Shown here: one piece after another, positions 27,754-36,693 of the stretch
Layout of the letters: every line of letters starts with the position of its first letter
How positions within the stretch are numbered: position 1 is the stretch's first letter
Virus record (IMG/VR): IMGVR_UViG_3300009370_002257
Coordinates: 16,477-80,476 of that record
Reading direction: 5' to 3' (one strand)
From: a virus
Taxonomy: Duplodnaviria; Caudoviricetes
Length of the DNA: 64,000 nt
Program-made: the position numbers and the translations under genes
Notes under the pieces: generated by a model
Seen by the model: only the letters and a program-made list of their open reading frames with translations
What the model was told of the DNA's origin: nothing
Database searches by the model: none

Positions 27754-28115
27754 AAAACGCATCAGAAAATATAGAAGAAATAATAAAGTCTTCTGTCGAA
27801 AATTTCGACGGAAGTTACGAGCTAGGGAACCCCTTCGAAGACTTACTATCCTTTGGTGAGCTAGTTGATAGACTTTCTATTGTTAACTTTAAATTGTACA
27901 CCCTAAAAGACGAGGTGATGCTGATACCAGAAGAGGGATACAATAGAGAGCAGCAAGACTTCAAATCTTGGGCGTCTGTAGAAGATGTCAGACTGGTAAA
28001 AGAAAGAGCTAGACTTAAAAAATGCATAGATGAAAAACTGGTAGCCATGATCGCGAAATACCAGAAGGGGGATAAAAACGCAGGCTTTAACTCGGAGGTT
28101 AAAAAATATGGGTAA
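27750..28115 (+). CDS. Helical hypothetical protein (DUF4254-like)
   Basis: SFGELVDRLSIVNFKL...ERARLKKCID; start at ATG 27750. Confidence 0.5.
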   Translation: MKNASENIEEIIKSSVENFDGSYELGNPFEDLLSFGELVDRLSIVNFKLYTLKDEVMLIPEEGYNREQQDFKSWASVEDVRLVKERARLKKCIDEKLVAMIAKYQKGDKNAGFNSEVKKYG

Positions 28116-28142
28116 AAGTAAATCAATTTAATATAATTTATT

Positions 28143-29114
28143 ATGAGTAAAAAAATTCTTATAGTAGGCGGAGCAGGTTACATAGGTGGATACATGACGG
28201 ACCTACTCCTGAAAAAGGGGCATGATGTTACAGTATTTGATAGCCTAATGTACGAAGACCGGTTCCTTAAGCCTGTTAATTTTATTAAAGGTTATACTTG
28301 GAATAAAGATGAACTTTCAAAAATTTTACCAGAATACGATACAGTTATCTGGTTAGCTGCTATCGTGGGCGATGGAGCATGCGCTATAGACGCTAAGAAA
28401 TCCAAAAGAGATAACGAAGACGCCGTCAAATGGTTAGTAGATAATTATCAAGGGAAAATAATATTCACTTCGACTTGCTCCGTGTACGGCAAGAACGACA
28501 ATCTTATCGACGAGGAGGATATCCCTAACCCCTTATCAATTTACGCGGAAACCAAGCTCGGCGCAGAAAAATACGTGACCGAAAATGCTAGAGACTATTT
28601 GATTTTTAGACTTGGAACATTATATGGGTTGGGCGACGAACACTCCAGAATAAGGCTAGACTTAGTAGCTAACGTGTTGGCCTACAGAGCCGCAACAGGG
28701 CAATCGCTCTCTGTCTTTGGGGGAGATCAGTGGAGGCCCTTGCTTCACGTGAAAGACGTCGGCGAAGCAGTTGCTTTTTGTCTAGAAAACAATATAACAG
28801 GGCTCTACAATCTCTCAGAAAACAATTATAGAATTAGAGAAATCGCAGAAAAAATTAAAGAATCAATCCCCCGCGCCGAAGTAAGCTACACGGCGATGGA
28901 GTTCGAAGATCAAAGAAACTATAAAGTCAAAAACGAAAAAATATTATCTACTGGCTGGGCGCCCAAGTACAGCCTCAAGGAAGGCATTGAAGAAATAGCA
29001 AAGATATTCCAAGAAGATAGGATATCTGACCCTCAAGACCCAGTTTATTCTAACGAAGGGTTTCTTAAAGAGGAACAGAGGAGACATTCTGGCGAAAAGT
29101 TCGAATTGTGGTAA
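28143..29114 (+). CDS. NAD-dependent epimerase/dehydratase
   Basis: GGAGYIG, LAAIVGD, STCSVYG, YAETK. Confidence 0.88.
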   Translation: MSKKILIVGGAGYIGGYMTDLLLKKGHDVTVFDSLMYEDRFLKPVNFIKGYTWNKDELSKILPEYDTVIWLAAIVGDGACAIDAKKSKRDNEDAVKWLVDNYQGKIIFTSTCSVYGKNDNLIDEEDIPNPLSIYAETKLGAEKYVTENARDYLIFRLGTLYGLGDEHSRIRLDLVANVLAYRAATGQSLSVFGGDQWRPLLHVKDVGEAVAFCLENNITGLYNLSENNYRIREIAEKIKESIPRAEVSYTAMEFEDQRNYKVKNEKILSTGWAPKYSLKEGIEEIAKIFQEDRISDPQDPVYSNEGFLKEEQRRHSGEKFELW

Positions 29115-29123
29115 CTTAATATA

Positions 29124-29588
29124 ATGAGCACGAATTTAATATCCGGTGGCGTTGCGGTAGATGATCGGGGCAGCGTACGTTTCGTAAATGACTTTAACTT
29201 TTCCGGGGTTAAAAGGTTTTACCAAGTAGATAACCACCGACAGGGGTTCATTCGGGCTTGGCACGGGCACAAAAAAGAAGGCAAGTATGTTTACGTGGCG
29301 CAAGGCGCTGCCCTTGTAGGCGCGGTCGAAATGGAAGTTAGAGAACACATAGAAGGTGTCGCGCATGACGGATTAATTAGCGCGGAGGGCGAGGTATTTA
29401 AATGCGTACTTTCCAGCCAAGCCCCTAAGGTGCTATGGATACCGCCGGGATACGCAAACGGGTTCATGAATTTAGCTGAGGGTACAATTATACAATTTTT
29501 CTCCACAAGCACACTAGAAGAAAGCTTGGGTGACGACATAAGATTCCCCTATGACAACTGGGATATATGGGATTTGGAATATAGATAA
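29124..29588 (+). CDS. Cupin-fold sugar epimerase/isomerase (RmlC/FdtA-like)
   Basis: DDRG, RAWHGH, LWIPPGYANG. Confidence 0.8.
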   Translation: MSTNLISGGVAVDDRGSVRFVNDFNFSGVKRFYQVDNHRQGFIRAWHGHKKEGKYVYVAQGAALVGAVEMEVREHIEGVAHDGLISAEGEVFKCVLSSQAPKVLWIPPGYANGFMNLAEGTIIQFFSTSTLEESLGDDIRFPYDNWDIWDLEYR

Positions 29589-29591
29589 ATT

Positions 29592-30395
29592 ATGAGAGTA
29601 TTAATACTAGGATCAACGGGCATGCTTGGCAACGCAGTCGTTAAAGAGCTTTCTCTTGACAACTCATTTAAAGTGACCAAGACTCGCAGAGCAAACAATC
29701 ATTCGGAAGATTATTGTTTTGACGTTACGAAGCACGACTTAACCAAACAGTGTGGCACAGATTACGATTACGTAATTAATTGTATTGGGGTAATCAAACC
29801 GTTTATCAACGATAACTCATACCATTCAGCATATATCAATGGAGCATTCCCTCACAAGCTCGCTTCGTGGGCGCAAGAAAATGACATTAAAATGATCCAT
29901 ATCACCACCGACTGCGTTTTTTCTGGTAAAGACGGGGGCTACACGGAAGATAGTGAGCACGACGAGGTTGATTTTTACGGCAGGTCGAAATCCTTAGGGG
30001 AACCATCAAATTGTATGGTTCTGAGAACCAGTATAATCGGGGAAGAAATTCACAAACACGCGAGCTTAATTGCTTGGGTGAAATCCCAGAAAGACAAGAC
30101 AGTTAACGGCTTCACAAACCACTGGTGGAACGGCGTCACAACAAACCAGTATGGTAAAATTTGCATGCAAATCATGAGAGAAGAACTATACGAAGAGGGA
30201 CTCTTCCATGTATTTTCCCCCACCCCAGTTAATAAATCCGTACTGGTTGGCTGCATAAATACTAGATTTGAGTTAAATATTAAAATCAATCCGATGGAAG
30301 CAGACCCGACAGTAGACAGAACACTATCGACAAACAAAAAGCTTAATGGTAAACTATACATACCAGAAATAGCAGAACAAATTAAGAGCTTATGA
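29592..30395 (+). CDS. dTDP-4-dehydrorhamnose reductase-like SDR (RmlD-like)
   Basis: GSTGMLG, ITTDCVFSG, YGRSK, LRTSIIG. Confidence 0.85.
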   Translation: MRVLILGSTGMLGNAVVKELSLDNSFKVTKTRRANNHSEDYCFDVTKHDLTKQCGTDYDYVINCIGVIKPFINDNSYHSAYINGAFPHKLASWAQENDIKMIHITTDCVFSGKDGGYTEDSEHDEVDFYGRSKSLGEPSNCMVLRTSIIGEEIHKHASLIAWVKSQKDKTVNGFTNHWWNGVTTNQYGKICMQIMREELYEEGLFHVFSPTPVNKSVLVGCINTRFELNIKINPMEADPTVDRTLSTNKKLNGKLYIPEIAEQIKSL

Positions 30396-31501
30396 CAAGA
30401 AAAGCATTAGTAACAGGATTATTGGGGCAAGATGGCTCGAACATGTGCGAGTATCTTCTTGGGCTAGACAACATTAAAGTTTTTGGGATGGCGAGAAGAT
30501 CGTCTAATCCAAACTTTAGTAATTGCGAATCATTTTTAAATCATCCAAACTTTCAATTAGTCTATGGAGACCTTACAGATCAATACAGCATAGATAAACT
30601 AGTACAAGAAATACAACCAGATTATTTTATTAATTTTGCTGCCAATTCTTTTGTTGGGATCAGTTGGGATATGCCCATGCAGGTCTTCGACACCAATGCT
30701 ATGGGCGTCCTGAGATGTTTGGAGGCCGTAAAGAGATACCAGCCTAAATGCAGGTTCTATAGCGCCGGGAGTAGTGAGGAGTTCGGAGACGTAGCGTATT
30801 CACCCCAAGACATGAACCACCCACTCAGGCCGCGTAGCCCGTATGGCGCATCAAAATGTGCGGCCAGACACCTAGTTAAAGTCTTTAGAGAATCTTACAA
30901 TCTTTACGCTGTACACGCAACTCTGTTTAACCACGAAGGGCTTAAGAGAGGCGAAGAGTTTGTTACCCGAAAGATCACGAAGGGGGTGGCGAAGGCTCGC
31001 GAAGAATTCTTTAACACGGACAAATGGGTTGAGGGTCATCCACCCAAGGTCACCCCCATAGAGTTAGGAAACCTAGAAGCGAAAAGAGACTGGAGTGATA
31101 GTGAAGATTTCGTAGAGGGCGTATGGAAAATGCTACAGATGGATCACCCGAGAGATTATCTATTAGCTAGCGGGGAAACTCACTCTATAAAAGAATTCGC
31201 GGAAAGAGCGTTTTTCCACGCGGGTATTAAAAACGTATACTGGGAAGGAGAAGGCGTAGATCAAAAACTTTTCGTAAACCACGAAGGAAAACACCAAGTA
31301 ATTTTAGTGAAAGTCAACCCTAAATTTTACAGACCAGCAGAAATAGAATTACTATGGGGAGATGCATCAGAAACACAAGAGGTTCTCGACTGGAAACCAA
31401 GGATTTCATTTGACAATCTTGTAGAAAGGATGGTAATATGTGATATAGAGAATAGAGATAAAGAACAACATGGCAAGAAATACAGACCACAGCAAATGTA
31501 A
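30392..31501 (+). CDS. gmd: GDP-mannose 4,6-dehydratase
   Basis: TGLLGQDGS, SSEEFG, PRSPYGASK, FNHE, FVTRKIT, LGNLEAKRDW, RPAE. Confidence 0.93.
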   Translation: MTRKALVTGLLGQDGSNMCEYLLGLDNIKVFGMARRSSNPNFSNCESFLNHPNFQLVYGDLTDQYSIDKLVQEIQPDYFINFAANSFVGISWDMPMQVFDTNAMGVLRCLEAVKRYQPKCRFYSAGSSEEFGDVAYSPQDMNHPLRPRSPYGASKCAARHLVKVFRESYNLYAVHATLFNHEGLKRGEEFVTRKITKGVAKAREEFFNTDKWVEGHPPKVTPIELGNLEAKRDWSDSEDFVEGVWKMLQMDHPRDYLLASGETHSIKEFAERAFFHAGIKNVYWEGEGVDQKLFVNHEGKHQVILVKVNPKFYRPAEIELLWGDASETQEVLDWKPRISFDNLVERMVICDIENRDKEQHGKKYRPQQM

Positions 31502-31826
31502 GTATATTGTAAGCAAATTCTGCTTAGAACCCCAGTTTATTAGCTGGGGAAAAGAAATCAACATAGCCAAAAAGCTCCTCAAGGCTTATCCAGACATGGA
31601 CTTTTGGGAAAAGATGCCTCCCAGAGATTACGGAAACACCCTTTCCTTTTTTCTTACGAGCGAAGGCAAAGCTTTCTTAGCTGCTCAGAGAAGATTGTTA
31701 CAATTAAACCTCGAACAGCCAGAACAGTATGAGCTTTCAGATAAAAAACTTTTAAAAAATAACAAGACTAAAAACAAAAAACCCAAAACATTAATGGAAT
31801 TTTTAAGAGATGGCAAAGAGAACTAA
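31470..31826 (+). CDS. Hypothetical protein
   Basis: ORF coupled to recA. Confidence 0.6.
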   Translation: MARNTDHSKCKYIVSKFCLEPQFISWGKEINIAKKLLKAYPDMDFWEKMPPRDYGNTLSFFLTSEGKAFLAAQRRLLQLNLEQPEQYELSDKKLLKNNKTKNKKPKTLMEFLRDGKEN

Positions 31827-32904
31827 AGCAGAAAGCGGGGTAACCCCACAACAACAAATTCAGGCATACCTCGAACAAAACAAGGGGGATCACTACAACT
31901 TTGAAGAGGAAAGGGTTTATACGGTATCCAGCGGCAGCTTGCTAATGGACATAGAGATGGGAGGGGGCATAAAACCGGGGGTTATTCGAGCCTCTGGCGT
32001 CACGGAGGGGGGCAAGACTTCCTGCGGCCTAGCTTTCGCTAAGAATTTCCAAAAAATGGATAACTCTTTAGTTATCTACATTAAAGCAGAGGGTCGTTTA
32101 TCCACCGACATGGTAGAGAGGATGGGCATAGATACAAGCGAGGAGAAGTGGTTTGTATTTAAATGTAATGTTTATGAAACTGTCATTAATTTCATGCGGC
32201 AAATGGTTAAAGATAATCCATCAAATACGAGGTATATGTTTATCATTGATTCCATGGACGCTCTCGTACCGAAAGGGGATTTAGAGAAAGGCGCAGAGGA
32301 AGCACTCAAGGTGGGCGGGGGCGCGTTATTAAGTTCCGACTTCCTGCGCAGGATGGCTCTCGGACTAGCAACAAGAGGCCATATTTGCTATATGATCTCT
32401 CAAGTCCGGAGCACCATTAAGATCAACCCTTATGAAAAAACTGCGCCTCAAGTAACCAACGCGTCCGGTGGTAACGCTGCGTTACATTATAGCGACTGGA
32501 TTCTAGAATTTCAGCCAAGATATGTCAAAGACTTAATAACCACTCAACCCCAAGGAAAGGGGGATCAATTAGGGCACTGGTGCAAGGTGGTATTTAGAAA
32601 AACGCCAAACGAAAAAACAGGGATAGCCGTGAGATACCCCATCAGATACGGTAGAAAAAACGGCAAGAGTATATGGGTGGAGAAAGAAGTCGTAGACATG
32701 ATGCTCGCTTGGGAAATGGCCACAGCGAAAGGCGCTTGGGTGACAATCTCTGACGAGATAATCGAAGAAGTTAAAACCGAAACGGGGTTAGAGCTTAAAA
32801 AGCAGCACCAAGGGGTAGATAATCTTAGTAAATATTTTGAAGAAGAAAAAGAAATCGGTAAATATTTGTTTACCAAATTCAGAGAGGTATTAAAAAAATC
32901 ATGA
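31810..32904 (+). CDS. recA: RecA/UvsX-like recombinase
   Basis: SSGSLLMDIEMGGG, Walker A-like GVTEGGKT, IIDSMDAL, ISQVR, SGGNA. Confidence 0.85.
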   Translation: MAKRTKAESGVTPQQQIQAYLEQNKGDHYNFEEERVYTVSSGSLLMDIEMGGGIKPGVIRASGVTEGGKTSCGLAFAKNFQKMDNSLVIYIKAEGRLSTDMVERMGIDTSEEKWFVFKCNVYETVINFMRQMVKDNPSNTRYMFIIDSMDALVPKGDLEKGAEEALKVGGGALLSSDFLRRMALGLATRGHICYMISQVRSTIKINPYEKTAPQVTNASGGNAALHYSDWILEFQPRYVKDLITTQPQGKGDQLGHWCKVVFRKTPNEKTGIAVRYPIRYGRKNGKSIWVEKEVVDMMLAWEMATAKGAWVTISDEIIEEVKTETGLELKKQHQGVDNLSKYFEEEKEIGKYLFTKFREVLKKS

Positions 32905-33815
32905 CGGTACTTGTTACAGGCGGCGGGGGTTTTATAGGCAGTAATCTGGTAGACGCCTTAGTTAAAGCCGGACACAGAGTTATTAGCGTTGATAATAAAA
33001 GCGCGAATGCTTCTGGATACTATAAAAATACGAATTCTATTATATATAATTCAGATATAAATTGTGACGCTTTTCTATCTGAGCTCTTTGGGTCGCATGA
33101 AATAGACACGGTCTTTCATTTAGCTGCGGACGCAAGAATCCAGTACGCAATAAAATATCCAATGAAAGTTTTTGATAATAATTTCACAGGGACAGTAAGG
33201 CTGTTATCTTTTTGTAAGGAGTACGGGGTTAAGAGGTTCATATTTTCATCGACGTCTTCCATTTATGGGCTGAAAAATAATCCGCCACTAACAGAAGACA
33301 TGCCGGCCGATTGCCTAACCGCTTACGCCATCAGTAAACACGCCGCAGAGGAGGCTTGCACAATGTACTACAAACTGTACGGCCTAGAAACTGTCGTCTT
33401 GAGGTATTTCAACGTGTATGGCCCAAGAGAGCCGGATAAAGGGGAGTACTCTACGCTCATAAAAAGATTCCGAATGCAAAGAGACGCGGGAGAAAACATG
33501 ACTATCGTCGGTGATGGGGGTCAAACAAGAGACTTTACTCATGTAGACGATGTTGTTAGAGCCAATATCTTAGCGGCTAAGAGCATACTGCCGGCGGCAT
33601 CCTATAATGAAGTCTTCGGTGGGGTGTTTAATATTGGTTCGGGCAATAGCTACAGCGTCCTTGAAATTGCAGAAATGATTGGTGGGCAAACAGAATTTAT
33701 AGCGGCGCGAGATGGGGAGGCCAGAGACACATTGGCTGACGTCAGTAAAGCGAAGACTCTACTGGATTGGGAACCTACAAAGTGGGTGGAGGATTATATA
33801 CGTGAGGCTTTATAA
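32901..33815 (+). CDS. UDP-glucose 4-epimerase-like SDR
   Basis: TGGGGFIGS, FHLAA, YAISK, LRYFNVYGP, RDFTHV. Confidence 0.88.
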   Translation: MTVLVTGGGGFIGSNLVDALVKAGHRVISVDNKSANASGYYKNTNSIIYNSDINCDAFLSELFGSHEIDTVFHLAADARIQYAIKYPMKVFDNNFTGTVRLLSFCKEYGVKRFIFSSTSSIYGLKNNPPLTEDMPADCLTAYAISKHAAEEACTMYYKLYGLETVVLRYFNVYGPREPDKGEYSTLIKRFRMQRDAGENMTIVGDGGQTRDFTHVDDVVRANILAAKSILPAASYNEVFGGVFNIGSGNSYSVLEIAEMIGGQTEFIAARDGEARDTLADVSKAKTLLDWEPTKWVEDYIREAL

Positions 33816-34221
33816 CATTCACGGCAAGCTGCAAAGCAAAAGGGTAACGAAATATCTGATATCTTGGGGCAAAAAGTCTCGCTCTAAATTACAATTTTCA
33901 GTCAAGCAATTTTTTAAACCGTACTGGGAAAACCATATAGTCTATGAAGAGTTTCCCGTATTCGGAAGCAGAATGAAGGTGGACTTCTTAAACGCAACAA
34001 AGAAGATCGCCGTAGAAGTTAATGGCCCACAACACGGCAGCTTTAATAAATTTTTTCACAAGAATTCTAGATTAAATTACCTAGAATCAATAAAGAGGGA
34101 CTGCCAAAAGAGGGAGTGGTTAGAAAAAAATAATTTTCAAGTTCTCGAAATAGAAGAAAGTGACATTGAAAAACTTTCTCCGAAATTCATTGAACAAACT
34201 TTCGGCTGTGTTATTATATAG
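33802..34221 (+). CDS. PD-(D/E)XK / DUF559-like endonuclease
   Basis: VDFL...IAVEVNGPQH...RD..K; GTG start with GGAGG RBS upstream. Confidence 0.7.
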   Translation: MRLYNIHGKLQSKRVTKYLISWGKKSRSKLQFSVKQFFKPYWENHIVYEEFPVFGSRMKVDFLNATKKIAVEVNGPQHGSFNKFFHKNSRLNYLESIKRDCQKREWLEKNNFQVLEIEESDIEKLSPKFIEQTFGCVII

Positions 34222-34243
34222 CCATCTAGGTCATGGATTTCCC

Positions 34244-34272
34244 TTGACCTAATCGTAAAAAACAACAATAAT
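34244..34272 (+). promoter_or_regulatory. Promoter TTGACC-N5-GTAA-N8-AATAAT
   Basis: 17-nt spacer, upstream of dnaB. Confidence 0.65.
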
Positions 34273-34285
34273 AAGGAAAACAATA

Positions 34286-35773
34286 ATGAGTAAGATATAT
34301 TCAGAGAGAGTAGAAAGACACGTTCTAGGAGGACTAATCAAACACCCAAAAGTATTCGCAGAGGTAGATGGATTTATTAATGAAAGAGATTTTTTTCACA
34401 ATGTTCACTATACTATTTTCTGTGTCCTGCGAGACAGTGTTTACAAGAATGAAAAGATAGATGAGGTACTCCTTGCAACAAAAATCCAGAACTTGGGGGT
34501 AGCATTTAAGGATGATATTAATATTCATCAATATATTTCGAGCATCACATTCACGCAGATAACTCAGGGGGCAACCGTAGAAGCCTGTAAAGAGTTAGTT
34601 AAGCTGAGGGTGAGAAGGGAGATAGACGAAACCGCAGAAAAGATAGCAGATGAAGTGCGTAATGCTGGGGAGAAAAACGTAGATGAAATAGTAGCTTTAT
34701 GTGATTCAATTTATAACGATAAAATCTCTAGCTACCAGTTTGACGAAGAGCCGGTAGAAATTATGGACGGCTTAGAGGATTTACTCCAAGAGCGCGCGGA
34801 AGCACCAGAAGAAGATACGGGCATAGCAACCCCATACGAAGAGTTCAATAGAATGTATGGAGGATTTAAGGCTGGGCATGTTTACTCTATTGCCTCTAGA
34901 CCGGGGGAAGGTAAAACCACTTGGCTCGTAGACTGTGGGTTTAAGGCTGGCGAAATCAATGATGTTAAAGTTCTCTACCTAGACACTGAAATGATGACTG
35001 AGGAAATCAAATTTAGATTAGCTTCCTCGTTCACAGATATACCTACATGGTATTTGGAAACAGGTAACTGGGCCAAGAATTCAGACCTTATCAACAAAGT
35101 TAATAACTGTGACAAGCTCAAAAAAGGATCTAATTTCTACCATTTTCACGTAAGTGATAAGCCAATCGAGAGGGTGTGCTCAATAATTAAAAGATGGTAC
35201 TACTCAGTGGTTGGTAGGGGTAATAAATGCATGATTATATACGATTACGTAAAGCTCACTGGGGAAACGCTTGGCAAAAATTACATGGAGTATCAAATTA
35301 TTGGAGATAAAATCAACCAACTAAAGAGGGTCGCTGAAGAAGTGAACGCCCCAGTGCTAACAGCCATACAGCTTAACCGGACAGGGGAATCTAGAAACCG
35401 GAGAGCGGCAGATATAGTTGATGATAGCTCCGCGTTTGCCCTGTCAGACAGGCTCCAGTGGATCGCTGCCTTCACTGCGATTTTTAGACGGAAAACCCTT
35501 GAGGAGGTCGCCATTGACGGAGAAGAGTTCGGAACGCACAAATTGGTTCCAACTAAAACCCGCTTCCAAGGTAAGGACGCGGCGGGTCATAGAGACTTTT
35601 TAAGAAGGACCGAGGAAAGCGGCTCGAGCAGGTTCGTACCCAACTTCATAAACTTTAATGTAGGCAACTTCGCCGTTGACGAAAGGGGCTCATTGAGGCA
35701 TATTATTGAAAGGGAGAACGAAACCTACGAGGTTCAAGATTCTAACGAAAATGACAGTCAAGACGTACTGTAA
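34286..35773 (+). CDS. dnaB: DnaB-like replicative helicase
   Basis: N-terminal ERHVLG domain; ASRPGEGKTT, DTEM, YDYVK, QLNR. Confidence 0.92.
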   Translation: MSKIYSERVERHVLGGLIKHPKVFAEVDGFINERDFFHNVHYTIFCVLRDSVYKNEKIDEVLLATKIQNLGVAFKDDINIHQYISSITFTQITQGATVEACKELVKLRVRREIDETAEKIADEVRNAGEKNVDEIVALCDSIYNDKISSYQFDEEPVEIMDGLEDLLQERAEAPEEDTGIATPYEEFNRMYGGFKAGHVYSIASRPGEGKTTWLVDCGFKAGEINDVKVLYLDTEMMTEEIKFRLASSFTDIPTWYLETGNWAKNSDLINKVNNCDKLKKGSNFYHFHVSDKPIERVCSIIKRWYYSVVGRGNKCMIIYDYVKLTGETLGKNYMEYQIIGDKINQLKRVAEEVNAPVLTAIQLNRTGESRNRRAADIVDDSSAFALSDRLQWIAAFTAIFRRKTLEEVAIDGEEFGTHKLVPTKTRFQGKDAAGHRDFLRRTEESGSSRFVPNFINFNVGNFAVDERGSLRHIIERENETYEVQDSNENDSQDVL

Positions 35774-36693
35774 TGCGAGACTCAGAAAATCTGAAAGAAA
35801 TCCTATTGGATTTAGGTTATCAGAACATAACCGATATGGGCAAAGAGCTAAGAGCCAAGCCCATTTATCGGGATTCTGATAGCAGCACAGTATTACGAAT
35901 CAGGAAAGATACAGGTCATTGGGTTGATTTTAGCAAAAACATCAGCGGCACGTTCGAGGAGTTGGTTCGGCTCTCCCTAGGTGTAGACGACATAACCCAA
36001 GCCAAAGAATATATTGCGAGTAAGTGGGGCGCGCCCCGAAAAACGAGGGTCACCCCGAAACCGGAAATAAGAATGCCAAAAGTTTTTCCAAAAGAATCGT
36101 TATCCAAACTAGTACCCGAACACGACTACTGGGTAGACAGAAACGTGGCTTTGGATACCCTGCGGATGTTTAAGGGCGGCATAATTAAGGAGGGCAGGAT
36201 GAAAGACAGGTATGTATTCCCTATATTCAATCACAAAGAAGAACTTATCGGAGCCTCTGGTAGGGATTTAATTAACGACCCGAACAATAAGAAGAGGCCT
36301 AAATGGAAACACGTAGGGAACAAAAGTGAGTGGAAGTATCCATTATTTTTTAACTATAAAATTATAAAAGAAAAAAATGAAGCAATTCTTATAGAGAGCA
36401 TAGGCGATATGCTTGCTCTTTGGGACGCTGGAGTAAAAAATACCATAGTGACATTTGGCTTAGACACGAGCGTAGCAATAATTAATTTCCTATTAAGATA
36501 TGATATAGAAAAAATACGCATCTCACTCAACAACGATGCAGACAACAACTTCGCAGGGAATGAAGCTGCGGAGAAATTGCAAAGAAAACTAAGAAAGTAT
36601 TTTGACGAACATCAGGTAAGCATTAAGCTGCCCACTCAAAACGACTTTGGAGAAATGACAAAGCAAGAAATCAACCACTGGTACCATGCCTAA
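35773..36693 (+). CDS. DnaG-like primase (TOPRIM)
   Basis: VFPI, GASGR, LIESIGDML, NNDAD, DFGE; TAATG-coupled to dnaB. Confidence 0.85.
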   Translation: MRDSENLKEILLDLGYQNITDMGKELRAKPIYRDSDSSTVLRIRKDTGHWVDFSKNISGTFEELVRLSLGVDDITQAKEYIASKWGAPRKTRVTPKPEIRMPKVFPKESLSKLVPEHDYWVDRNVALDTLRMFKGGIIKEGRMKDRYVFPIFNHKEELIGASGRDLINDPNNKKRPKWKHVGNKSEWKYPLFFNYKIIKEKNEAILIESIGDMLALWDAGVKNTIVTFGLDTSVAIINFLLRYDIEKIRISLNNDADNNFAGNEAAEKLQRKLRKYFDEHQVSIKLPTQNDFGEMTKQEINHWYHA

